From Eledone cirrhosa (lineage: Eukaryota), in contig OZ024740.1 of NCBI GenBank assembly GCA_964016885.1, forward strand, positions 351,664,001-351,728,000: a stretch of 64,000 nt of DNA, given 5' to 3'. The translations under genes and the position numbers were made by a program. A model generated the notes under the pieces. The model did not search any database. It worked only from the letters and a program-made list of their open reading frames with translations, and was not told the origin of the DNA. Numbering within the stretch: the first letter of the stretch is position 1; the number at the start of each line of letters is the position of its first letter. Below, one piece after another: positions 1 through 14,571 of the stretch.

Positions 1-1901
1 ATCTAGTGCTCATTTTGGCGTAACAACAGTAACTTGACATTACAATCCCTAAACTATATATATATATATATAAACACACAACTGCTGTTTTGCAGGAGTT
101 TTGTCACCTACATCGGTGGGTGGCCCCCAAGTAGCTCTGGTGTTGCAGTGGAAACACCTACAGAGTTACTTAATCACCTGATGAGACATTGGTTCCTACA
201 TTCAGAGATGGAGTACAGCAGCACATCAACAGTTCTGTGTTTACCAAACATAAAAAAACTCACTCAATATCTCTTTTCCATATATATAAAGCCCGACATG
301 TCAAACTTTCTTTCCTCTTTTAAAGCGTGAAACTAATAAGACTTTTTGTACCTCTGTTTGAAACCATTATTATTAATGATGACTAAAGTTTTGTCAACAA
401 TGCCAGCTTACCAAAACAGTTTTGATAACAATGTTGGCACACCTTCAAAGTAAACAATCATTAATAATACTTTTGGCACAAGGCCAGCAAATACCCAGTG
501 CATTACTGGTACTTTATTTTATCGACCCCGTAAGGATGAAAGGCAAAGTTAACCCCGGCGGGATTTGAACTCAGTCCGTAAAGGGACGTAACTATGCTGC
601 AAAGCATAGCGTCCGACCCTCTACCGATACTGCCAATCCATCTAATTTAGGCACTAGGCTAGCCATTTTGTGGGAGGGGAAAATCGATTATATTGATCCC
701 AGTACTTGACTGGAACTTTATTTTATAGACCTCTAGAAGGATAAAAAGCAAAGTTAACCTCAGCAGAATTTGAATTCTGGGCATAAAGGGTTGTAACTGA
801 ATGCCACAAAACATTGTCTGACGCTGATGTGATTCTGCCAATTAATAATTCAAATTGACATTGCCACATGGCCAGTAGTTTGGGAGGAGGGGAAGGTCGA
901 TTATGTCGTTCCCAGTACTTAACTTGTACATTTTTTTTTTTTTTACCCCAGAAGGATGAAAGGCAAAGTTGACCTTGGTAGAATTTGAACTCCCAGTGCA
1001 GAAAGTTGTAACTAAATACTGCAAATCATATCTGAGCATGTCTAACATTCTTCTGATACTGCCAATCTACCACCCCTGCTGTTATTAATTACTAATAATA
1101 ATTATTATATTGACTCTATACACTATGCGAATCCTTAATTCAGTCCGTATTTAATGGGTTTAGCACACAAACCCATACAACAAACTTTTATATCCTGACA
1201 CTTAATTTGAAAATATTACAGTAGCAGCAATTTAGTATCTCCACCATTCCATCAGCTAGTATGCACCATCTCTATTGCTATTTTCAAACCCAATTCATTT
1301 GATTTTACTTGGTTCTATAAGAATTACAATTACTTTTGTAGCAAAAAGTTTGTTTACATTTCTTCTTTTAATTTATTCCCAGAGAATCGTTCCTTTAAGT
1401 GTTTCACCAAGTGGCAAATAATGCATAAATAATTTTTTTTAAAGAAATTAAAACAACAACAAAACAAACAAAACAAAGCAACAATAATAACAATAACAAC
1501 AAACACGCAATTCTCTCCCTTTCTCTCCCAACGAACTGGACACAATTGCAGTGGATTTCAGTGTTTGTTAAGTAACACATATGAAGGTTTATCTCACATA
1601 TTAAACCCCCCACCCCCACCCTTTATTTTGAGAGGTGTTCATAAAGCAATGATACAATATGTTTAGTATGATGTTGATTAATCTAAAACACATGTTTGCA
1701 TCGTTATTTATTTAGCAGTCTAGAATATTTCATTAGTATGTTTGAAAGATTGTGTTTCCATCATGTTCTTGAGTACTGACTATGAAACACATTCTTCAAA
1801 CCTCTCTGCAAGCTCAATGAATTTCATGTTTTAAAAAATGAGAGCATGAAATCTGAAACTTTGAGAATGGCATAGAATTTTTTTTTTGTTCCTTTCTTGT
1901 T

Positions 1902-2069
1902 TCATAAAGATTTCAAAGGCTTCTTATTATTTAACATGTTAGCTTTTCCTTCACATGATGCATCAGCCAGAGGATTCCGGCTTACAACCAACTCTAGAGT
2001 ACTGCCAGCCTCAGCAATAACTGGTACTACAAGACGGCAATCAAAATCTCGAGTTTTCACATTATTCAC
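1902..2069 (-). CDS. GRIP1: GRIP last coding exon: end of PDZ7 and stop
   Basis: tcttttcag acceptor; [55 protein letters not shown] matches GRIP1 [34 protein letters not shown]; TGA at 1904-1902. Confidence 0.95.
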   Translation of the reverse strand: MNNVKTRDFDCRLVVPVIAEAGSTLELVVSRNPLADASCEGKANMLNNKKPLKSL

Positions 2070-2092
2070 CTGAAAAGAAAAAGATAAATAAC

Positions 2093-2450
2093 AATCATCA
2101 TCATCATCATCATCATCAACGTTTAACGTCCGTGTTCCACGCTTGCATGGGTTTGGACGGGGGTAGTCCCACTTGAGGCAAGAGTGATTGTCTTGCTCGC
2201 ATAGGACTGTCTGGCAGGTTTTCTACAGTTGGATGCCCTTCCTAACACCAACCACATTTACAGTGTGGGTCTGGGAGGTTTTTACCGTGTTGCCTACACG
2301 GCCACATTACAGCGTGGACTGTGTGTTTTTTTGTCGTGACACCTACACGATCTCATTTGTTTCGGCCTGGATGGCGCGGCACCAACATAACTTTACATAG
2401 AACGGGGTGGTGTGGATGGGGTGGGGGTGGGGGTGGTGGGACGGGGTGTA
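2093..2450 (-). mobile_element. RTE 3'-UTR fragment (near-identical copy at 39243-39563; relatives near 15685, 31087, 40325, 40688, 48148, 49952, 59266)
   Basis: (CAT)n-cgtttaacgtccgtgttccacgcttgcatggg shared with the tail of the RTE at 61965. Confidence 0.85.
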
Positions 2451-4936
2451 TTTTGATAATAATTGTTTCCACTTTTGGCACAAGGCCAGCAATTATCCCA
2501 GTTCATTACTGGTACTTTATTTTATGACCCCGTAAAGATGAAAGGCAAAGTTAACCTCAGCGGGATTTGAACTCAGAATGTAAAGGGCCATAACACCATG
2601 CTTTGCAGCATGGTGTTATGGCCCTTTACATTCTGATGCTCTACCAATACTACCAATCCACAATAATAATAATCTATAATATAGGTCATTAACAATGGCT
2701 AATTATTTTAATTTGATAATTGAGTTATTAATTTTGATAAAGTTGTTGATAATTGTGGTGAGTTATTTCATTATAGGAATGTGAGAAAGTAAAAATATTG
2801 AGAATAAAATTGTGTATCTAAACTATAATAAAGTAAGGAGCGCGGGACTGCGTACGGTTTATAATTTTTTTATCCCATTAGTAAAATAAGATGGATTACT
2901 TTGAATAAATAATTGTTACTATTTTTGGCACAAAGCCAGCAAATACCCAGTACAATACTGGTACTTTATTTTATCGACCCCGTAAGGATGAAAGGCAAAG
3001 TTAACCTCAGCGGGATTTGAACTCAGATTGTAAAGAGACATAACTATGCTGGAAAGCGTGTCTGGCCCTCTACCAATACTGCCAATTCACCGCTGAATAA
3101 ATAATGAATGAATATTACATAATTTATCTACTAAATTTTGTGGCTGTTGATTAAATATATTTTGTTAATTTAAAGATTCACTTCTTTAAAATTTCTGAAA
3201 TGTCAACACTTCCGGTTGGCCATTGCTTAAATAGACATACTAATTTTCTCCTAATGCAGTTTATATATAATATCGTCTTTTTTAATGTATCATGGATTAC
3301 GTTACTGATTAAATAAGACAGTTTAACGCAGTCTTCGTTCAATTTCTATGTATTATATATTGCCAATTACGATTTTATTTGATGTATCATATCTACATGT
3401 ATATATACCTGCGTATAATATCAATATACACACTGCACATGCTAGCAGAAAACCACCCTTTCTGTTTAAACTGGCTGTAACCAGTCGCTTATACTGATGT
3501 TAAAGTATTGTTCTCAAAATAAATAATATCAAAATCTCATTGATTCGATATTATGTGAGATAATTATGTGAGATAATTATGTGAGATAAAGCCTTTACTA
3601 TGAAAATATAATAGTAAATATAGAGAAATGTAAATGCTAAAAAGTTAATAGATTGAAGGATAGCTTAGTGGTACACTGATAGATAGAATGATGACTCTGG
3701 TACATTGAATGGTAGTTTTAATAGACAAGGATGGCTCAGTGGTACTTTCATTGATTTAATAGATGGAATGATAGATAAATGCTACATTAAGTGACAAATT
3801 TAATATACATAAGGATAGCTTAATTTTATAGAGTTGATGCTTTTTTGCCTTTCATCCTTACGGGGTTGATAAAATAAAGTGCCAGTAATGTACTGGGTAA
3901 TTTGCGCGCCCTGTGCCAATAGTAGAAACAATTATTTGGTAAGAAGTGAACTGGACTAGTGAGAATAATGTGGTTGAACTGCTTTAAGTTGATGCTTGTA
4001 GAAAAAAAGTTGACAAAGGGAGAATTATTGTTTAGCTCTAGTTCAGACCTATGATAAAAAAAAGTATTTCAGTTATGACCAACCTGTCTTTTTGTATATC
4101 TAAAACTACATTGTTCAATGCATTCTTTCATATTTTAAAGATGGTAAAGTCTTGTGCTTCATAGAAGATCACTAAATGATAAGGGCTAAAGCATTTTCTA
4201 GAGCTTGAAATGCTATTTTTGCAAGAAGCTTGACTTAAGTATCAACCTTATGACCTTTGTATGGTTGAAGCCAACAAAGGAATCTTTCCACAGTGGCTCA
4301 ACCCACTAGAAGTCATCAGCATCATCATCATTTCATTTTACGTCTGCTTTTCCCTGCTTGCAAGGGTGGGATGGGAACTGATTCTGGCTTGATTTCTACA
4401 GCTGGATGCCCTTCCTAAGACCAACCTCATTTACAGTGAGTGGCGGGTGCTTTTTTTTCCGTGGCACCTACACATCCACTTTACAGTGTAGGCTGGGTGC
4501 TTTTTTGCCGTGGCACCTCCACGACCACTCTACAGTGGAATGATAGGGACCCCAGTCCCTATCATCTCATTTTTACAGCTGAGTAAACTGGAGCAATGTG
4601 AAATAAAGTGTCTTGCTCAAGGAAACAACACATCACCCGGTCTGAGAATTGAACTCACAACCTTTCGATTGCAAGACCAATGCTCTAACCACTAAGCCAT
4701 GTGCCTCCATAGTAATAGTAGTAATAAAATCTCTCTGAAACTTCAAAAAGCTCTCTATGTGCCCTTATTAAAGAGATTTTTTTTATTGTATTTATTTGAA
4801 AGCTACTGAAATATTTTTTCTATGAGTGGAATGTACAAAAACTTCAGACTATAACTAGTTGGGGATTCAAATGCAATATGTAACCAGTTAACATATGGTA
4901 TACTCATGAAAAGAAATATTTTTTAAATTGCCTTAC

Positions 4937-5559
4937 CTGGAGAATCCGGTCATATTGTAAGAGACCAGTTGTTTCTGCCAGACTCCCAGGCCTAATAGCA
5001 CTGATATATACTCCCTTTTCATACATTCCTTCTGATAAGCTGAAACCGAAATCTTCTATGGCATTTTCTTTTATGATCTTAAACTTGTGAAGTTCAATTG
5101 GGGTAGGGGAAAAAATCGTTTGTACCTGCTCATCAAATGTTGCAGGTACTAAATCGGTACATGTATTTACATGAGATACAGCTACTATACTGGTATTGTG
5201 GTTGTTGGTGTTGATATTATCATTGCCCTGGGCACAGTGGCAGTTGCTTTTCTTTGGTTTTCGTCTCCCTTCACGGGATCGTATCTTGTGTAGACTCGCA
5301 ACGCTCCTTTGCCTAAGACTTGCACCTATCTGTCGTAACATCTCTGAGGTGTCAGTATTTTCAAGGTCATCACATGTCCTTGACCATTCGTCTGTTTTCT
5401 CATTGTCACTGCTGTCATCATAACTTTGGTTGCTCTCATTATCCTGCCATCCATCGTCAGTGTAATGGAGATGGGTGGAGTTGTTTTCCATACTACCTTC
5501 TGCCTCTGAGGAAGACTCTATGGAATCATGATAGCTGCGGAAGTCAGCTGGTAATGTTG
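4937..5559 (-). CDS. GRIP1: GRIP exon: acidic linker and N-terminal part of PDZ7
   Basis: tgtttgcag acceptor and gtaagg donor; SPTPIELHKFKIIKENAIEDFGFSLSEGMYEKGVYISAIRPGSLAETTGLLQYDRILQ matches GRIP1 PDZ7; phase 1 to 0. Confidence 0.95.
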
Positions 5560-6419
5560 CTGCAAACAGTAGAAATTCAACAAATTATTTATATATATAT
5601 ATATTTTGTTTACTAGAATGTGATATGGTTTAATTTAATTCCATTTAAATTATACAATATTTATGGTTTTGAAAAGAAGCAAATCAATAAAAGTGAAGTC
5701 AGAAAGAAGGATAAATAATAATAATAATAATTGGGTAAATAATAATAATAATAATTGTTTCTACTTTAAGCACAAGGCCAACAATTTGAAGGGGAGGGGA
5801 AAGTCAATTAAATCAACCCCAGTATTTACTGGTGCTTTATTTTATCGACCTCGTAAAGATGAAAGGCAAAGCTAACCTTGGAGGGATTTGAACTCAGAAC
5901 ATAAAAAGGCTGTAACTCTATGCCACAAAGCATGTTGTTCAACATGCTACAGATTCTACCAATCAACTGTCCTTAATAATAATAAAGATTTCAGATTTAG
6001 GCACAAGGCCAATAATTTGGGGTGAGGGGAAAGTCGAACAAATCAACCCCAGTGCGTGACTGGTACTTTATTTTATCGACCCTTTTAAGCAAAGCTAACC
6101 TTGGCACGATTTGAACTCAGAACATAATGAGCCATAACTCTATGCAGCAAAGCATGTTGTCCTATGTCCAACCCATACTGCCGACCCACTGCCTTTATGT
6201 TTATCCTACTAATACCAACTCACCTGCACACATTGACCAATGTTAATGATACCCAAATACATTCTGAACTGACTTATGCCCTGACTCTCTTAGTACACAT
6301 CTACTGTACAACAACCAGCTGATCAGCAAGGTAAGGCTCCTGAAGCTTATAACAGTAGTTTCTAATATAACCATTATGATATAATACTGATAAAATTATA
6401 TACATACACATTATCTCAC

Positions 6420-6594
6420 CTGATTTATCTGGACTGTGATTTATGTTGTTGCTGCCATTTTTGGTTACAAGAACGGTATGTATGTTTGAATTCTGGTTAA
6501 AACTCTCTAAACCAGAACTTCCCCAAGATTCCAAAGCACTGTCCACACTTGGAATGGGTGTAGCAGTTTTGTGACAATAGTCTTCACGCTCAAC
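6420..6594 (-). CDS. GRIP1: GRIP exon: linker with SVDSA motif
   Basis: ttttgcag acceptor and gtgaga donor; VEREDYCHKTATPIPSVDSALESWGSSG resembles GRIP1 SVDSAVDSWDGSG; phase 0 to 1. Confidence 0.9.
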
Positions 6595-6701
6595 CTGCAA
6601 AAATTACAAAACAAATGCATATATATATACACATATAAATACATACATATATATATATATATAGGTATTTATATAAAGATGTGTGTGTATATGTATATAT
6701 C

Positions 6702-7447
6702 TTCTTTGCCCACTTATTCCTGAGAGGGTCATGTGGGAAGAGTCCTTAGATATGCCTTCCAGAGAGTCAGAACCAACCATTCCAAAAGATCCTCAGGAAT
6801 CCCCAAGCAAGACCAACCAAGCTTATGGGTGTTATTCAACCATCTTGCTCATAGTCTACCTCTGGGTCTCCTGCTAGTTGACTTTGCCCATAGAATATGT
6901 CCAGCATTTCTCTCTTTAGACATTCTAACCACATGTCCATTGTAACGAGACTGTGATCTCTCAATGTGGAGTAGTAGTAACTCTAACCAAAATGATTCTC
7001 TGATCTCTAAGCTATGCATTGTTACTCCAAAGACACTTTGGGGGAATCCCATTTTGGTCATTTGTATTCACGATCATATTCTTTCAGTTATTACCCAAGA
7101 TTCATGAACATCAATAAGAGTAGGTAAAATTAAAGATAGCAAGTTTGGCTTTTACATCTACCTCTTTTCTGGTGACTGAGTGCTTAAGTCTTTTCATTAT
7201 TGTACTAAATCCAGCAATTCTTGCATTTCATTCAATTTCCTGCCTTCCATCACTAGTGAACATGGCCCTGAGATACTTGAACTTCTCCACCATCTTCAGT
7301 ATAATTCCACTCACATGCAGAGCAGAGTTACACAACCTATTTTGAGAGGACAAATGACTCAGTCTTTGCAGCACTGGTTTTCATTGCTGCTGTGCAGCAC
7401 TTGGCAGCAAACCTTTCTAGTGCATGTTGGTGATCACACTTCAAGTA
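6702..7447 (-). mobile_element. Degenerate RTE/BovB-like LINE 3' fragment
   Basis: VEKFKYL and YNGHVVRM remnants on the minus strand; boundaries approximate. Confidence 0.6.
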
Positions 7448-7699
7448 ATTTTTAATAATTTATGTTATTTCAGTTTTATTTTATTTTATTTATCTATAAA
7501 ACCTATCCAAATACTTTATTCTATAACATTTTGTAGAATAATCTAACCCTAAACTTAGAATACAATAGAAATTCTAGACACAAAATTGGTCCTAGAATCA
7601 TTTGCATTAATATACAATTTAACAAATTTCCTATTAAAAATCAGAACAAAATCTAAAATATATTCAGTGTTAGTTAACTAACACAGCAAAGAATAAGAA

Positions 7700-7759
<60 letters not shown>

Positions 7760-9625
7760 TTGTTATATATATACATTAATAGAGAAATTCATGCAAATAC
7801 AATGAATTTAGTAAAATAGAATTTTTCTAGTAGTAATGATTTAGATTTCAGAGGTGATCTTTGGTTTGAATATTTCACTTCATTTGTTATAAATATTACA
7901 CACAATGATCAAAACCAGAACACAACTGTTAATCCCAGATAGTTATAACATAAATAGTGATCATAACATTTATCTTGATGTATATTTACTTTTAGTATCG
8001 TCTTCAGTGAAGGTGTGGGGTCAAGTAGTTAAGATGATCAGCTTCTCAAAGGGGGTGGGGTGGGTGGGGGTAATGCATTGTGTCCTCTAGAAAGACTTTT
8101 CTTTTACCATTGCTCAAGTCCACTAAGCTGAAAACAAATACTAGCAGCAGGGGAGTTAACCTTGTGGCAGACAGGTGCTCAGTCAGTTAATGGCAATGAA
8201 ACCAGGATAGGCACTGGCCTAGTGAGTTTCTTATGTTAGGACAGACTTTAATTTTGAATCATTTTCAAAGATAGAGAGAGAATTTGACACAAGCAATGAA
8301 TTATTGGATCAAATAGTTGGATCAATGTTGAGTGTTGGTGCATCACATTTCTATATTGAAACTATATCAAAGTAACTGAGATATACTTAGTGGTTGAATC
8401 AATTTATCAAACCCGATTACATTAAAATCAATATTATATTAAAATGATACATAATATCCTTTCATTAAATAAGATTCTCAAATAGAAATAAGTTGTTATA
8501 TAGCCTGAGATGAGTTTTGATTGAGTAGACTGATAGTCATAGTTATTCTAGTCATGACAATTCTGAGTTCATTTTAGGCAATATATGTTATTCAATGTAT
8601 CCTTTCTTCTCTTTTAAATACAGATAGGGTATGATTTGATGAACATTTGGTTGCTATTTCTAGCAGGTTGAGAAAACATGTAGAAGTCTGCCTAATTTGT
8701 TCATTATGAGAAGTTCTGTTTTTCAATTTTCTTTCTCCAAAATGTTTGAATTCAGATTTTTACCATGTCATACAAACTTATTCATATTAACTCATTTTAT
8801 TTACTGATTTTTGTCACCACAGGCTATCAATTATTTTCCCATGATTCCATTTTCTTAATCTTTTAAATTTTACCACAAAGTTATTGCTTTAATCCTTTTG
8901 ACACCAACCTAGCCAAAACTGAATTTGGTTCTATGAAACAAAACCACCCATTTTAAATGGTTCCTATATAGATTAAATCTTTCAAAATAATTTTATATGA
9001 TAACCATGTAATGAAAAAATTAATAATTTTAGTAGATCCTTCAAAATTCTTCATTAATTAATTGAAATAGAGTGTATTTTATTACAAATATGAGAATAAA
9101 ATGGTTAAATAGTATGTACTGATTTATATATGAGATGCTGATACTGATGAATGCTATACAGAGGTAACCACTACTCATTGTGTCTGCAAAGCCTTTAAAC
9201 TCATAAACAAACATTTATAAACATTTATATATCTACGCCCATGTTTATATGAGTGTATATTGGTATTTACACACACTCCTCACACATATATGCAATGGAT
9301 TTCCATTAGTTTCAACCATATATATTCCAATTGTTCATGAAATTAACATGCAAATAATTCAGTATTCCACAAACACCTGCAACACAATTCTCATTGAGAT
9401 TCAGTTTGACTCAGTGACATGGCTTGTCCTTTGATTACAAGATACAGTTCATCCAATGAGCTTTCAGACTGTTTCTGTCTAGCCAATTTCACTCATAAAG
9501 CTTGGGACAACTCAAGGCTATGATGGTAGATGACATTGCCCTAAGATGCTATGCAGTGAAATCAAACCTGAAACTCCTTAACCATCCAGCAATGCTGTGT
9601 CCATACATGCACACACACACAAACA

Positions 9626-9752
<127 letters not shown>

Positions 9753-11858
9753 AACTTTCATGGGTTTTTTCTATAAATGTTTATTTCTGAGTTATCTCTC
9801 TTAAACTAAATGCATATAGATTAAGAATTGTTATATCTTATTTAGGCAAGTAGCGTACAGATAAGTTCCAGCAAAGCATTGATCATGCCACTTCACTTGG
9901 AGCTGATGTCTTTGCTAGAAACATGAAGGCCCTAACATGTCATTTCATCTTTTTCTCTTCTAAATCTGTAACATCCTTTAATACACTTCTGGACACATAG
10001 AAACAACATTTAAAAAAATTGTTTAATCATGAAATCATGACCTTTTTCTGGCCCCCAGTGACTGATGAGAAGGATGAAAGAAAGTATCCTCAAACTGGAG
10101 ACATTGTCTGAAGGCTTGCAGCAGTGTGGGCTCTGTTGAAAGCATCCAAGGACCAGGCAGTTGTGTTAAATCAGGTAACAGACTAAGTCTACTATCCAAA
10201 CAGACCAGAGTAGGATTTGACAGAGGCGAAACAATTACCACAAGGCACCCTAACAATAGTGCTAATCTCCCACCATTGACTGGTATTTATTTTATGGATC
10301 TTGAAAGGATGAAAAGCAGAGTTAAATAATTTTTTTATTATTTTCAAAGATTTTGTTGTCAACTGTTTTATAAAGCTCAAATCAAGAAAGAAAAAATCTC
10401 AAGGGTTAAACATTAGGAACATAAGTAAATAGTAGTGTTAATAATTATTAATTGTAATTAATATCACAAAAAGAAAAAAAGTCTGTATCATATAAATTAT
10501 CTGAAACAAGCATTTTAAAAAATAAATTGTGATAATGCATTTTTCATGAGTAAGTTTCATAAATCGACAGGAGAAAGCACTCTCCAACTTTTATAGTGGT
10601 TTTCAATGTTTTTCCAACACCAACACCTTAAAATCATAGTGTTTTCCCTGGTCCTACAATAACCTTTATCCCCAATTTTTCCTTCTTAGAACATGAGGTC
10701 TCTGGAATTGTCAACTTGCAATTGTTCAAGAGGGATATCAATTATATTGAGCTCACTTGTGTTGGATATTTCTACAAAGGCAGTAGGCAAAACCTGTCTT
10801 TCATTTTAAGATAGCTGGCAATAGTGGTACGAAACTCACAGGAGAGCTGGACAGCAGGCCTTCTGAAAGTGCTATGAAACCTTAGTTTCAAAATGCTGCT
10901 TTGTTATTTGCCCATGTGACGTAGCAAAAAGTAAAAAGTCTGTATCATATAAATTATCTGAAACCTTAGTTTCAAAATGCTGCTTTGTTGTTTGCCCATG
11001 TGACATAGCATGAAAACAAACATAGGCATTTTAAGGCCCTTTTAATTGCTAAAGCAAGAGTTAGCCTTGCAAATCCTTTAACAGCTTTCATGCTCACCAT
11101 AGAGTCTTTTTTAAGGTAATGTTTTAAGGTCAGATGCCCAATTGTGATAGGTGTATGATGTACTTATTCTAAACCAGAAACACAGCAACAGCACGAAAAG
11201 AAAGACTCAGAAACTGTTCCCAGTTCTATGACACAAAACAGTTTATTTTCAAGTGTATATATTTATTTTAAAAAAATTCCATCATAATTTTATGTCAGGA
11301 ACTTTGTTAAGCTATGCTCTAAACACTATTTTAATATTGAGAAAGTTAGTTATATTTATAAATCTCTCAAAATTCTTGATTATTTGAAAATTATATGCAG
11401 AGGTTTTCATTAGAAATATGATAATAAAATGATTAGCTGAAGTTAATGCTAATCTAGTATAATTGATATGATATATACAAACATGTTGCAATCTAGTTGA
11501 ATGCAGAGGATGTTTAGGTAAAAGTGAGCAGCAAAAACATGCTGATTGGCTAAATGGGAAGTGTTATTTGGTCAGACGATATGGACACAATGACAAATTA
11601 AGGTAAATATAATTGAAACGACGACGATGATGAATTAGCTCAAATTTAATTAATCTAAAAATTTACATTATTCTCTGGGTGTGTATGACGATGAAGGCGA
11701 TGTGTACAACTCTGTGTGTGTGTGTTTGTGTGCGTTCATAAGCACATGTATGCACATAGTTTGCTTTCTGACAAGGAATGCGTTGAATTCTTCATTTGAT
11801 TTATTTCGTTTTTTGCTTAATGATTATTGTTTATTTACACCCATGCCCCTACCCTCTC

Positions 11859-11900
<42 letters not shown>

Positions 11901-11903
<3 letters not shown>

Positions 11904-12108
11904 ATACTTTGGGAGGGTCATGCTACCACCAATAAAAACACATGCACCTGTTGGTTTTCACAATTTATTATAAACTTCCAGTCGTTTATTTGTATACAAA
12001 CAACCATCCAGTTATGAAACTAACCAACTGAAAGTTTAAAATAAATTTAAGTGAAAACCAGCGGGTGCATGTGTTTTTATTGGCAGCATGACCCTCCCAA
12101 ATTATAAC
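11901..12108. repeat. Inverted pair of PLE pseudo-LTR ends related to 34863-34925
   Basis: gttatactttgggagggtcatgc...ggttttcac and its reverse complement gtgaaaacc...ctcccaaattataac, next to (TA)n. Confidence 0.7.
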
Positions 12109-13509
12109 CATATCAGTTTCAACACACGTTTTGATGAAAAAAAACTTAATGTCTAAACACTGGCCTTACTACCACAAGTGGAATGTTTCTATAACCCTGA
12201 GTTTGCATCCAGCATAGAACCTGAAAGAATAGACACCATCTCGAAGTTTGCATCTACCAAACAGATCTTAAGAATACAGAAATGGAAGATATCCCACTCA
12301 TTGCATCTTAGAAATATTTTATAAACGAGACAGTTACCTGCAGGTTCCCAGCTATGTATTTTACCTCACCTGAGAGATAGCAACCCTATGGGAATCTATG
12401 AATTTTACAAATAATCTCAGGGAATATTTTCTGTTTCAGCATCACCTCCCAGAAAACTCTCAAATTAACCTCCAATACAATCATATATAAGCTTCCACTT
12501 CTTCATATCTGTTCAACTCTTGCTAGCAGGGAATATGGTAAGTGATGATGATGATTAAATTATTTTATTTCACAAAATTTACTTCGTTCAAAAACCCATT
12601 ATCGTGTATCTGGGAATGTTACACAACTATTTGCAAGAACCAATGTCAAAGGGATATGCAAAGTTCACGACCATTAACATAAAATTATACAAGTTTGAAA
12701 GAATGCTTTAAAGTTCAAAGTTATCTCCCTTTAATCAAGTAGCTTTGATTTCTTTTTTAATTTAAGAGTGACTTCCCTTACTCCATATTAACAGCATGTC
12801 AACGCGAGATTTGTGTTTGTCTATCAACAAATATTGAACAAAGAATTTTGTAATATGGAAGTGTGGCTTATCTAACCATATGAGTATATATTGTATTTAC
12901 AAATTATATAAAAACATTTCTTTTTGTTTTACATTTTATATATAAATGTTTCTTATTATAAGGGTTTATTGAAACAAAGTACTTTGATTCACTGTTCTTG
13001 TAGTCCTGAATGTACACAACCTAAAGTATGTAGTAACATATAAACATAAACTAAGTGGATTTTTGTTGTTTCCTTTTTGATTTTTCACTTTATTTTCAGC
13101 ACATTAGAAAAACAGGACACAACCGAAATATATGTAATTATAATTATTCCAGAAATTATTTTCTATTACAATATTGAGTAAAACTGTGAATTCGTTCACC
13201 AATATTTATCAGTTTAAGAAGATTGCAGAAAGCAGCATAAGCTAAGCTTTTAAGCCAACCTACTAGCAACTATATTCTTTCATTCACTTATCTGTTTGCC
13301 ATTCATAGCAGTATACTATTATAAATCTTTCCATTCACTTTTATTTTAAATCTGATGTCACTCAATTTCTATTTGTTGTTTGACAGCCTCCTACTTCCAC
13401 ACTATTTCCTTAGCGTGACAATGAATAAAAAGCACACACACTATGCTCATTATGATATGTACACACACAAACATATACTCATACATATATCTGTACATAT
13501 GTATGTGTG

Positions 13510-13563
<54 letters not shown>

Positions 13564-13836
13564 TGTATATGTGTATATTTCATGCCAGTACATTTTCAGT
13601 GAGTGTCAGCGATGAAAGATTAACAAATCTTAAATCACCACTATCTGATATTCTCAGAATATACTGGCAACTCAGTCATATATTCACTAAAGAATATAGA
13701 GAAAGATAATTTTTTTTTCCATTTTGTTTAATCACAAGAAAGTATTTTTCTTCAGCAGCATGGCTACCCATATGTTTTCATATACACTTCTCTCTCTCTG
13801 TCTCTCTCTGTATTTATTTATATATATATATATATA

Positions 13837-13915
13837 CAGAGTGTCCCCAAGAAATGTATACACATATTTATTAGAATGCTGTTGAAGAGTGTATACATTT
13901 TTGGGGGACACCCTG
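13837..13915. mobile_element. 79-bp Tc1/mariner-type MITE
   Basis: TIRs cagagtgtccccaagaaatgtatacac / gtgtatacatttttgggggacaccctg, inserted at TA. Confidence 0.75.
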
Positions 13916-14334
13916 TGTGTATATAAATATATATATATACATATATATACACACACTACCACACACACACTCACAAGCATACATAACCTAACTACATGGA
14001 ACTACAACATGCATGGTGATAATAAGAATACAAGTTTATTATTTTCCTATGTAGGATGCAGCAACAAGTAAAAGAATTAAACAAAGAACACAACCAACCA
14101 GGGTTTGGGGAGAAAACACTAAGTACTTGTTAATTGACTAAACATAAACAACTGGACAAGTTGGCAGCAAATTAAGACATATCATCAGGGGCTGCAAATA
14201 CAAAGTCCATTTGCTTTTGCCAATGTCCAAAATGTGAGTGTAGCAAATGTTAGAGAACAAAACAACTGAAGAAGCAGGTTTTTAGCATCTAAGTACTAAA
14301 ATTTCTCAATGTGCTAATGATTACCGATGCTTAC

Positions 14335-14571
14335 ACCTTTTGGTCTGTTTTCTGTGTCAGTTTGGTAAGAGAGGTATTTGAAGCTATTTACTGAACAGGT
14401 CTCATCAGTGGGTCTGTAGTAGCTGCCACGACTGTTCCTGTGGCTTGCTGATGCCGACGACGATGATAGTGCTAAAGCTGAAGAGATTGGCCGGCGGCAT
14501 CGAGCAGGCTGTCGCGATAATTGACGAAGGTGTTGAGGTGGAGGAGGTGGAAGTTGATGCTGAAGCACAAA
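14335..14571 (-). CDS. Candidate GRIP cassette or alternative terminal exon; 5' end lost in the N gap
   Basis: GC-rich open frame (QHQLPPPPPQ...SYYRPTDETCSVNSFKYLSYQTDTENRPKG) ending at a phase-0 GGT|gtaagc donor compatible with flanking exons; read-through stops at TAG 14314. Confidence 0.4.

Noticed and set aside
34-330. 98-aa ORF
   Set aside because: No recognisable domain, includes a TA repeat, and has no splice support
1902-1916. C-terminal PDZ-binding motif on GRIP (LKSL)
   Set aside because: Position -2 is Lys, fitting neither class I nor class II consensus
11540-11700. CCAAT/TAATTA-rich non-repetitive segment as an enhancer (similar at 52250-52460)
   Set aside because: Such motifs are expected by chance in AT-rich DNA; conservation data would be needed
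13588-13705. Possible hammerhead (GCGATGA-AAGATT..AATCTT-AAA)
   Set aside because: Both core boxes are mutated and there is no clear stem III
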